Shown: positions 7,966 through 15,609 of the stretch, piece by piece
Position numbering within the stretch: position 1 is the first letter of the stretch
How the letters are laid out: every line of letters begins with the position of its first letter
Virus record (IMG/VR): IMGVR_UViG_3300027759_000063
Span: 35,594 to 99,593 of that record
Length of the DNA: 64,000 bases
Strand: one strand, 5' to 3'
Origin: a virus
The notes under the pieces: generated by a model
Seen by the model: only the letters and a program-made list of their open reading frames with translations
Database searches by the model: none
What the model was told of the DNA's origin: nothing
Translations under genes and position numbers: made by a program

Positions 7966-8646
7966 ATTACAAGCCCTAGCCAATATTATGAAGAATCAGT
8001 ACGACTGGGTCGTGAGTTTCAACTTAGCAACAAAAATTGGGCTGGATATGATGTTGTAAAATATCAAAAGCTCATCAAGGACCTGGTGACTCGATACAAT
8101 GCTAAAACTCTATTAGACTATGGCTGCGGCAAAGGACAACAATACCAAGACCCACTGCCATATGGCATGTTGTCTGGTGAGGCTATGCCTGAAAGTCAGT
8201 GGCAAACTTTTGATCAATATCTTGGTGTCACTGTGTATCGTTACGATCCTTGTGTGGCAGAATTTGAAACCCCACCGCCTACAGATGCCAAATTTGATGG
8301 TGTGATATGTACACAGGTATTGAACAGCATACCCGATGATGACATGACCTGGGTGCGTGAGAAACTTGAGTATCATGCTGAAAAGTTTTGTTTTGTTGGC
8401 ATAAATTTTCAACGTGCTGCCAAGGGCAAAAAAATCATATACGATTCTGACTATTTTCGTGTGCCACGCACTAGAGAATTTTTCCGCAGCTACTATCAAG
8501 ATTGGACCGGAAGTGACTTGTTTTGGTGGTTCAAAGATCGTCCATACTACGCGGAGTGGGCCGACGATCAATTGAGCGGCACCTGGCATGATGTACCAGA
8601 AACATTTGTTGGTAAGTATGAGTTTGTGGAAGTGAACCATCGATGA
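7966..8646 (+). CDS. Class I SAM methyltransferase, probable non-canonical ATT start
   Basis: LLDYGCGKG, YDP, FDGVICTQVL. The frame is open 40 codons upstream of the GTG 8086 call, and GGAG lies 7 nt before ATT 7966. Confidence 0.75.
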   Translation: MTSPSQYYEESVRLGREFQLSNKNWAGYDVVKYQKLIKDLVTRYNAKTLLDYGCGKGQQYQDPLPYGMLSGEAMPESQWQTFDQYLGVTVYRYDPCVAEFETPPPTDAKFDGVICTQVLNSIPDDDMTWVREKLEYHAEKFCFVGINFQRAAKGKKIIYDSDYFRVPRTREFFRSYYQDWTGSDLFWWFKDRPYYAEWADDQLSGTWHDVPETFVGKYEFVEVNHR

Positions 8647-9200
8647 TAATTGATCCTGAATATCAAGCCCAACTGGCTGACATGCACAGTCAAGGAAAAT
8701 TTACTAACGGCAGTAAAGTTATTAAAAACATAAAGAGATTTCTAAATCAATATAATTTGACTAGTGTGTTAGATTTTGGATGTGGTCATGGTGCCCTGAT
8801 GGCTAGTATCAATCAAGCATATCCCAACATAGCAATAGATGGCTATGACCCCGGCAATCCCAAACACAATCGCATGCCTCAACGATCATTTGATGCAGTG
8901 GTCAGTGCTGATGTATTTGAACACATAGAGCCTGAACACCTAGCCAGCACGTTGCAGTTGATCAGTAGTAAGATACAAGTTGCAGGATGGTTTAGAATTG
9001 CCTGCTATCCTGCAAAAAAACACCTGCCCGACGGACGCAATGCTCACTTGATTGTACAATCACCCACGTGGTGGCGCCAACAACTGTTGGCCAACATGAA
9101 TGTGACCATAGTTGCGGAAGAGATTGCTGTGTTTGACAAAAGCCACAAATGGCCAGGCATTGTGGGCGAAGTTTACGACGTCACTGTAGAAGTCAAGTAA
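8643..9200 (+). CDS. Class I SAM methyltransferase
   Basis: VLDFGCGHG, GYDP, DVFEHIEP, LPDGRNAHL. Confidence 0.85.
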   Translation: MIIDPEYQAQLADMHSQGKFTNGSKVIKNIKRFLNQYNLTSVLDFGCGHGALMASINQAYPNIAIDGYDPGNPKHNRMPQRSFDAVVSADVFEHIEPEHLASTLQLISSKIQVAGWFRIACYPAKKHLPDGRNAHLIVQSPTWWRQQLLANMNVTIVAEEIAVFDKSHKWPGIVGEVYDVTVEVK

Positions 9201-10114
9201 GGCAAAAATTTTTGATAGACACGACCTTGGCTGGCATCTGCATCACTCCAGTGTGCGGCTGCTAGATCATAAATCCACTGTTGCCTTTTAAATTCAACAG
9301 GAGATTCAATAGTTAGAATATCATGATTGGCCACTGCCCATGCCACACAACTGCAATCATCCACAAACACCGGTATGCCAGCACACACCGCTGCCACACT
9401 GGCCGAGCTGTTGAAAAACACCGCTGAGTGTGCATTTTGCAAATTGTCTACTAGTCGGCTGTGGCTGGGATCAATCAATTTGATGTTTTGTCGTTTAGCG
9501 TGTTTTTCAGTATAAGCACTGAATTCCAGCATGTCATACTTGCCTGGATGTGGTCTAACGTGTATGGCACGTTGTGTCACAGTTCTAATTTGATTTATTT
9601 TGTCTCGTAGCCAATCCATGGGATTCAAAGTTTTCATTGCAAATCCACCATCGCGTTGCATGCAAATCAAGATATGCCCATGCTCGTTATGTTGTGTTGG
9701 TTGCAAACTCACGCCTAAATTGTGACTGATCTCTTGCCACTTGGCATCAGTACTGCTGTGATTGGCGTATTCTGCACGATCATAAAATGGTCCGCCAAGG
9801 CTGTATCGCAAGTAGCTGCCGTGGTTGTCAAGATATTTCCAACAACTGGCATCAATACACATGGTGTGATTGCCAAGTCTTCGTTGATCAGCAATGATTT
9901 GTTTGCGCAAGGTGATATTGCGACCACCGGTGTTTGTTGTGGCCCATCCTAACATCACGGCTAGTCGGCTGGGGGTGTATTGATGTTCCCATTCTACCAC
10001 AACCGAATCTCCGGTGGCACGTACACCTTGGGCAAAGCTCTCTAAACACTCAATTTTCCTTGTGTGTTTTCGAGCATTGGCCACACTACTGATGTACACC
10101 ACAACGTCAACCAC
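9173..10114 (-). CDS. KpsS/Capsule_synth-like glycosyltransferase, paralog 3
   Basis: HVRPHPG (HP motif), AVFFNSSASVAAVCAGIPVF; start re-called to a GTG overlapping the upstream stop. Confidence 0.6.
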   Translation of the reverse strand: MVDVVVYISSVANARKHTRKIECLESFAQGVRATGDSVVVEWEHQYTPSRLAVMLGWATTNTGGRNITLRKQIIADQRRLGNHTMCIDASCWKYLDNHGSYLRYSLGGPFYDRAEYANHSSTDAKWQEISHNLGVSLQPTQHNEHGHILICMQRDGGFAMKTLNPMDWLRDKINQIRTVTQRAIHVRPHPGKYDMLEFSAYTEKHAKRQNIKLIDPSHSRLVDNLQNAHSAVFFNSSASVAAVCAGIPVFVDDCSCVAWAVANHDILTIESPVEFKRQQWIYDLAAAHWSDADASQGRVYQKFLPYLTSTVTS

Positions 10115-11069
10115 CTTGCAAGATTCTCCAGGCTGTGCCATCGCGCATTTCTACTTCGGTGAATTGGCAGTAGGCCATATGATGTGCCCAGGCTCTAATT
10201 TCGTCAAGACTGGGTCGTCGAATTTTTTCTATATCTGCAATAGAAGTACTACACACCGCGGCTGCGGCGTTGGGCCCAAGTGTGATGGCTGGTTTGCCAT
10301 GCAGTATGGCTTCGCCGGCAGCAATGCTGGAGTAAGTTATCAAACAATATATGTCTTGATCCAAGGCCATTTCTATTGTGTCGTCATTGATTCGAACACT
10401 GCGCCCTTGTTTGCGACGAATCACCACTTCCCTATCAGTATGAGCACTAATTTCTGCTAATGTCTGTTTCAACCATGTTTCAAGATCTATGTCGTACAGA
10501 TTCAATAGTTTTTGACTGGGTGGTGCCAACAGTATCTTACTGCCATCCGCACGTACTTTTTTAAGTTGAACTCCTGTGCAATCAAATCTATCACTAGGAC
10601 GAGCAATCACGGGCCCAAAGTTTTGTACATCATTTTTTGTAATTCTGTGATAGAGTTTTTTCTTGCCATTGCCAAAGTAACCAGTGTCAATATAGTAAAA
10701 GTCTTTGCCCAGGGCTCGACACGCATCCATTTGTTTACGTTTGGTAATACCACGCAACACCACAGGAGTAGGCGTTGATTCAGTTTTACTCCAGGTAGTT
10801 ATTTGTCCGCCACAACCGCGCACAAAACTTTCTAATGTAGGATCGTACATATATCCTTTTCTTTCATATCTATATTCGCTGTCTATGGCGTGTACTGCCT
10901 GTGTGTCCAACGCACAAATTTTTGCCGACAATGTGTCAAAGTTCATACCATAATAATCGCCTGCAGGATCCACACGATATTTTATTATGTCGTAAAATAT
11001 ATCACGAACTTCGGCTGGCAGTAAATCAAATTCGTGTTGTTCAAATGGTATTAGTTCTTCATCATCCAT
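10107..11069 (-). CDS. KpsS/Capsule_synth-like glycosyltransferase, paralog 4
   Basis: YIDTGYFG, HTDREVVIR, LITYSSIAAGEAILHGKP, MAYCQF..E..DG; start re-called to MDDEEL. Confidence 0.6.
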   Translation of the reverse strand: MDDEELIPFEQHEFDLLPAEVRDIFYDIIKYRVDPAGDYYGMNFDTLSAKICALDTQAVHAIDSEYRYERKGYMYDPTLESFVRGCGGQITTWSKTESTPTPVVLRGITKRKQMDACRALGKDFYYIDTGYFGNGKKKLYHRITKNDVQNFGPVIARPSDRFDCTGVQLKKVRADGSKILLAPPSQKLLNLYDIDLETWLKQTLAEISAHTDREVVIRRKQGRSVRINDDTIEMALDQDIYCLITYSSIAAGEAILHGKPAITLGPNAAAAVCSTSIADIEKIRRPSLDEIRAWAHHMAYCQFTEVEMRDGTAWRILQGG

Positions 11070-11754
11070 TATGTGTTCTTTGCTGACAGTGGTCGGTAAG
11101 TGTGCGTTCGTGATGCCAGTCTGGTGCAAAGTCACCAGCTGTAGCAAATTCATCAAAGCAGGGCGTTCCCAAAGTGTAGTGTACTAATTTTGCTAGAGGA
11201 TTCCATTCATACTCAACATCCAGCCAATTCCACTCAGGCGGTAGTTCACCTATGCGTTCATCTTCTATCCAGGAGAATCTGTGCAGTTCGGCACCTGTTG
11301 ATTTTTGCACAAACTCAGGAGTTAGTTTGCGGTTAGGAAAACTGTTGCAGTTCCACAGTATCACACTTGACCAATTTTTGCGTGGATAGTCTTCGTTTGG
11401 GCTGCCAAGATATTTCACAGGCATGCGAGTTTTGTAGTCGTGTTTGACCACCATGACGTCTTTGGAGACATCGCGCAAGTTCCACAGTTTCACAATGTCG
11501 TCACGCAGGATCATGTCACCGTCAATGAATATGGCCCAGCCCGAATAGCCCATTAGATGCGGCACAAGGAAACGGCTGTAGATAAATTGGTTGCTGCCGT
11601 CAGTGTGCGTTTCGTCATAATCTCGAAACAGGTTCAAGGCCACAGGGATAATGGCCACTGGCTGGCTGGCATGTCTAATAATTGAGTTTACACACACATG
11701 ATAGGCCACTGCTTCTCTAGGATCGTAGCCCACAAAGATTGGTATAGGGGTCAT
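11062..11754 (-). CDS. GT-A glycosyltransferase (GT8-like)
   Basis: IFVGYD.RE, YSRFLVP, FIDGD, YPRKNWSS, EWNWL, HYTLGTP. Confidence 0.85.
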   Translation of the reverse strand: MTPIPIFVGYDPREAVAYHVCVNSIIRHASQPVAIIPVALNLFRDYDETHTDGSNQFIYSRFLVPHLMGYSGWAIFIDGDMILRDDIVKLWNLRDVSKDVMVVKHDYKTRMPVKYLGSPNEDYPRKNWSSVILWNCNSFPNRKLTPEFVQKSTGAELHRFSWIEDERIGELPPEWNWLDVEYEWNPLAKLVHYTLGTPCFDEFATAGDFAPDWHHERTLTDHCQQRTHNG

Positions 11755-12518
11755 GTCTTGCGCTCTATATCTTCCTCAACACAGTGTTCACCGTATTGTA
11801 TTTCAATCAATTTGAGTGGTTGATCACTTTCGTTGCAAAGTTGATGCCATTCATTCACAGCAATAAAAGTGTTCTCATGCACAGTCAAGTGGCATTTGAT
11901 TTCTTGATCAGTGCTGGCTTCGTCCAAGGTGTACACAGTAGCGTCACCTTCGGCCACAAACCAAAACTCTGCACGACTATTATGGCGTTGCATACTCAAG
12001 CATGTGTTAGGCATGACTGTGAGTTCTTTTAGTTTGGTACTTGGTGGCACCTCATGCAACACTCGATAGTAACCCCAGGTGCGTTCAGTCTTGGGTTTTT
12101 TCCAATCTTCAAGTATCCAAGAGCTGGAATTCTTTTTGTTCTTGCCTCCTACCCCAAACGCAAATTCTACATCGGGTTCGGTCATTTCGGGAATGTTGTC
12201 CTGAGTCCTGTCGCCGCCATTGGCAAAGATAAATTTAGAGCCAGGCATGGGATAGTACAACTTGGCCAGGCGGATGGCATCTCGAGCACTGTCATCAGAG
12301 TCGTCAAACTCAATCACTCGATCTACCATGGAGAGATTTTCCACAATGGCTCTACGCTCGGTCATGGGCATGAAAGGTCTGCCCTTTTTGCGTATCAACC
12401 AGTCGTCGGAATTAAGTCCAACAACCAGTCTGTGCCCCAAGGCCTTGGCTGCTTGGAAGTAGGCTATGTGCCCGGAATGTAGTGGGTCAAATCCACCCGT
12501 GACAATTATGATTTTCAT
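11751..12518 (-). CDS. Cytidylyltransferase-like (HxGH) domain fused to a MannoseP-isomerase-type cupin
   Basis: TGGFDPLHSGH, GLNSD, FANGGDR, NSSS; C-terminal R.WGYY..L, LS.Q.H..RAE.W, IEIQYG..C.EEDIER. Start re-called to MKIIIV. Confidence 0.9.
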   Translation of the reverse strand: MKIIIVTGGFDPLHSGHIAYFQAAKALGHRLVVGLNSDDWLIRKKGRPFMPMTERRAIVENLSMVDRVIEFDDSDDSARDAIRLAKLYYPMPGSKFIFANGGDRTQDNIPEMTEPDVEFAFGVGGKNKKNSSSWILEDWKKPKTERTWGYYRVLHEVPPSTKLKELTVMPNTCLSMQRHNSRAEFWFVAEGDATVYTLDEASTDQEIKCHLTVHENTFIAVNEWHQLCNESDQPLKLIEIQYGEHCVEEDIERKT

Positions 12519-12523
12519 GTGGA

Positions 12524-12529
12524 TATTTA
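12524..12529 (-). promoter_or_regulatory. T4-like late promoter core (TAAATA), leaderless
   Basis: TAAATA-TCCAC-ATG(12518) at the head of the minus-strand glyco-operon. Confidence 0.65.
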
Positions 12530-12640
12530 ACTGACATGACTCACACACCACCAAAAAGCTGTCCAGGCCTCAATGAACAATATCAGCAGAAAGAATTCCA
12601 TTTCTGCCAGATCTCTTTGCCAACGTTCTTGATCAGTCAT
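12527..12640 (-). CDS. 37-aa putative membrane peptide
   Basis: MTDQERWQRDLAEMEFFLLILFIEAWTAFWWCVSHVS*; fills the gap after uvsY exactly (TAAC-ATG). Confidence 0.55.
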   Translation of the reverse strand: MTDQERWQRDLAEMEFFLLILFIEAWTAFWWCVSHVS

Positions 12641-12641
12641 G

Positions 12642-13094
12642 TTATACTGTGATGTCTTCCATGCCGGCTGTGCGCAGTCTGACCACGTGACCCATTTGCC
12701 ACTGCTTGGTGTCCAGGCCCTTCATGATGCCTAACCAACGATTACGTAGTAATGCCACTTCGTTGATGATGGTTTCAAAGTCCACAACTTCTTCTTCACC
12801 ATCCACGTACTTTTCAGCATCTCGTGCTGTGAGCGCACGAGCATAGCCTTCAAGATATTTCTTGAAGTGCCGAGTACGTATCTTGCGCAGTTGGATGTTG
12901 AGAAAGTTTAGCACAGCCTCGATCTCTTGTAACTGATTGAATCTGTGCTCGGTTATACCCGGCAAGGCAGTGATGTTCTTTTCTACTAGGCCGCCAATTT
13001 TGCAGTCACGCTTGGCATCAGTCAATTCTGATTCAAAGTGTGCAATGAAATCAGGTATGTTGCCAAGATCAGCGACTACTCGGCTGTACCACAT
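12642..13094 (-). CDS. uvsY: Recombination mediator UvsY-like
   Basis: Helical 150-aa protein with KYLEGY.R.L..RDAEKYVDGE..., downstream of uvsX. Confidence 0.75.
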   Translation of the reverse strand: MWYSRVVADLGNIPDFIAHFESELTDAKRDCKIGGLVEKNITALPGITEHRFNQLQEIEAVLNFLNIQLRKIRTRHFKKYLEGYARALTARDAEKYVDGEEEVVDFETIINEVALLRNRWLGIMKGLDTKQWQMGHVVRLRTAGMEDITV

Positions 13095-13357
13095 CAGTAG
13101 TCATCTTCTTGGTTGTAGTTGTCCTCTTCGTCCAAATCTTCTTCTTCCTCTTCTGCGTAGTCTTTGTCGTTGTCCAAATATGCAGTCAAGGCTTTCTTGA
13201 TGTCCGAATCACCTTTAAATGCGTTTCGAATTTCTTCAACATCATGATCGTGATCAATCAGGATAGACACAATGCTTTCGGCAGCATCTATACGATCCAC
13301 CACATTGACATATCTTTTTAATTCGCCCCAAATTTCGCTTGCTACTTCTGCTGACAT
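13094..13357 (-). CDS. Acidic hypothetical protein
   Basis: 87 aa with a D/E-rich tail; coupled between uvsX and uvsY. Confidence 0.75.
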   Translation of the reverse strand: MSAEVASEIWGELKRYVNVVDRIDAAESIVSILIDHDHDVEEIRNAFKGDSDIKKALTAYLDNDKDYAEEEEEDLDEEDNYNQEDDY

Positions 13358-13358
13358 T

Positions 13359-14414
13359 TTATTCCTCCGTTGTGTCGGCTGTACTTACCTCAGTCTTGAT
13401 ATTCTTGAAGTCAATCATCACCTTGTCCAAGCAACCATCATCATTCTTTTCCCATGCTTTGCGAAACTTCTTGATAACTTCGCCATCACTTGTGGTAAAC
13501 ACCAGACTGTTGCCTTCACGCTTGAGCATTTCTTTTTTCTCAATCAAGTCCACCAGGCCTGAGTAAGGACTCATGCCTGTTGTGTAAGGAATCTTGACCT
13601 GCACACCTTCAAACGGTTTGGCATAGCGTGTTTTCATGACTTTGCAGCCTGCACGAATACCGTTTACGTCACTCACCTTGTTGCCATCCTCGTCCTCTTT
13701 CAGCTTCATCTTCTTCATGGCCACAACAATTGAGCTGGCGTAAATGAAACCTTGACCGCCGGAGATCTTGTCATCTGGATCAAACATATCCTGGCTGGCG
13801 TAGGTGTGGTTGGTACAAACCAAACCTACGTTGTATGAACCAAACATGTTCACACAGTTACGCACCAAGGCAGTGAGAGCTTTGGGTTTACGACCCAAGT
13901 CGCCCTTCATTTCACCTGCATCAAATTGGTTCACGTCTGTGGGAGTTAACAACATGCCCAATGAGTCAATCACAAACATGACCTTGGGACGTTCGCCTTC
14001 GGGCAGAGCTTTGTAGTCGCTCATGAATGTGGAGATGGTCTTGGCCACGTCATCTATCATGGCCATGCTCAACTTCAACAGTTTGTTTTCACTAGTGTCC
14101 ACACCCAAGGCTTTGAGCCAATCTTCGTCTAGTGCGTTCTCCGAATCAATCAACACCACAAAGATGCCTTGCTCTTGTGCGTTCTTGATAATGTTGCCTG
14201 AACAGATGTAGCTTTTGCCTGCACCTGAGTCGCCAGCAAATACTGTGACCTTGCCCAGGGGAATGCCACGATTGAAGTCACCGCTGATCAAATAGTTCAA
14301 AGCGTAGTTGCCTGTTGAGATCCAGTCTGTTGGATCGTTGAAACCGATGCTTAATCCATCGATTGATTTTGTAATTTCTTTACGGAATTTTGAAACGTCA
14401 AAGGGTTTGCCCAT
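13359..14414 (-). CDS. uvsX: RecA-like recombinase UvsX
   Basis: GDSGAGKS, IDSENALD, VIDSLG, NHTY, SGGQG motifs. Confidence 0.95.
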   Translation of the reverse strand: MGKPFDVSKFRKEITKSIDGLSIGFNDPTDWISTGNYALNYLISGDFNRGIPLGKVTVFAGDSGAGKSYICSGNIIKNAQEQGIFVVLIDSENALDEDWLKALGVDTSENKLLKLSMAMIDDVAKTISTFMSDYKALPEGERPKVMFVIDSLGMLLTPTDVNQFDAGEMKGDLGRKPKALTALVRNCVNMFGSYNVGLVCTNHTYASQDMFDPDDKISGGQGFIYASSIVVAMKKMKLKEDEDGNKVSDVNGIRAGCKVMKTRYAKPFEGVQVKIPYTTGMSPYSGLVDLIEKKEMLKREGNSLVFTTSDGEVIKKFRKAWEKNDDGCLDKVMIDFKNIKTEVSTADTTEE

Positions 14415-14439
14415 GAATCACCTATTATTTTTTTAAAGA

Positions 14440-14464
14440 ACACAGAGGGAGAGCCCCTCTGTGT
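14440..14464 (-). terminator. Intergenic hairpin (terminator or processing site) between gp32 and uvsX
   Basis: ACACAGAGGG-5 nt-CCCTCTGTGT with a short U tract. Confidence 0.55.
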
Positions 14465-14475
14465 AGTATTGTCAA

Positions 14476-15468
14476 TTACTTGGCTTGACGGCTACGGATC
14501 ATGGCCAAGATGTCCTGGGCATTTTGTCCACTGGCTGCAGGCCTGGCAACTGGTGCGGCTGCTACCGGAACATCGTCCTCGTCAAAGTCACTTGCTGGCG
14601 CAGGTGTTGTCTTGATCGTGGGCTTGGCTGCTGGTGCAGGTGTGTCCTCATCCACCGGTGCGGCTCCAGCTCCACCCGGTGTTTGAACACCAGCAGGACG
14701 GAAGTACTGACCCCAACGTTCTGTGTCGTAAGGTTGTCCATCCACGCTTGCCTCAAACATCTCTTTGATCACCTTCAACTCAACATCGCCTGGCTTCTTG
14801 GGCAGGAATGTGCTCAAGTCAAATGCGCCATGCGTGGCAACAGCGGCTTGTTCGGCTTCGGTCAATGCGGATTCTTTACGTGCCCACTTTGAAGTGCTGT
14901 AGTCAGCGTAGCCACCTTTGGATGTCTTGGTGATACGGAAGTCCAAGCCACGCAGGGTGTCTGTGGGCATTTCTTCCAGCTCAGGGTCCATCAGTGCCCC
15001 TTTGATGGTGGCAAAGATTTGTGGTCCAATGATGAAACGTCGGATGGGATTCTCTGGAGTCTTGTCTTCACTCAGGGGGTTCTCACGCACAAAGCCTTGA
15101 AAGATGTATGAACGTTTCTTCCAATACTTGCGACCCATTTCTTCAAGGCTCTTGTCCTTGAACCAGGTGCGTACTTCTGCCAAGATGGGACAGGCTTCGC
15201 CCCACATTTCCACACAAGGCACTTGCACGTACACCTGTTTGCTATCGCCTTCGCCCCGGATGCCAGCAAAAGGCAAACGAATCATTGCTCGTTCTTGCCA
15301 GAAAAATGTGTTTTTGGTATTTGCATCGGGAAGGAATCGCAGTGTTGCACTTTGTCCTTCTTCCATGTTCCAGTGAGCGTAAATGGAATTGTCTCCACCT
15401 GTTTGTCCGCCACCTTTGTTGCCTTCTGCTGCCTGTAGTCGTGCTCTGATTTCTGCTAATGATGCCAT
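14476..15468 (-). CDS. 32: Single-stranded DNA-binding protein (gp32-like)
   Basis: LRFLPD, C..CP zinc ligands, YWKKRSY, GGYADYSTSKW, acidic tail; start re-called to MASLAEIR after a TAAGGAG RBS. Confidence 0.9.
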   Translation of the reverse strand: MASLAEIRARLQAAEGNKGGGQTGGDNSIYAHWNMEEGQSATLRFLPDANTKNTFFWQERAMIRLPFAGIRGEGDSKQVYVQVPCVEMWGEACPILAEVRTWFKDKSLEEMGRKYWKKRSYIFQGFVRENPLSEDKTPENPIRRFIIGPQIFATIKGALMDPELEEMPTDTLRGLDFRITKTSKGGYADYSTSKWARKESALTEAEQAAVATHGAFDLSTFLPKKPGDVELKVIKEMFEASVDGQPYDTERWGQYFRPAGVQTPGGAGAAPVDEDTPAPAAKPTIKTTPAPASDFDEDDVPVAAAPVARPAASGQNAQDILAMIRSRQAK

Positions 15469-15486
15469 AGTTTTTCTCCTTAGTAA

Positions 15487-15534
15487 GTTGCCTATGTTAT
15501 GTTGCCTATCTAAATGTTTAGATCTTGGTTGCCT
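15487..15534 (-). repeat. Three AGGCAAC repeats plus a hairpin in the gp32 leader
   Basis: Plus-strand GTTGCCT at 15487, 15501 and 15528; ATCTAAA/TTTAGAT hairpin at 15508-15523. Confidence 0.7.
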
Positions 15535-15545
15535 GTGACTCACAA

Positions 15546-15609
15546 ACAAAAAAGCGCAAACACTGTAGTAGTATATGCGCTTTTTGTCTACGTGTCAAGT
15601 GTATTTATA
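15546..15609 (-). promoter_or_regulatory. Sigma70 promoter inside an inverted repeat, with an upstream late promoter
   Basis: TTGACA(15598-15593)-17-TATACT(15575-15570); arms AAAAAGCGCA/TGCGCTTTTT; TATAAATA at 15602-15609. Confidence 0.75.

Noticed and set aside
2830-12518. The cluster as host-derived capsule locus contamination or a prophage boundary
   Set aside because: The genes are tightly overlapped, carry phage late-promoter motifs, lack export genes, and are flanked by phage genes on both sides.
15469-15549. N-terminal extensions in the ORF track (gp32; also the 2213, 2787, 11156, 12554, 18882, 36345, 39925 and 40216 calls)
   Set aside because: They run through promoters or RBSs or overlap neighbouring genes; downstream starts fit better.
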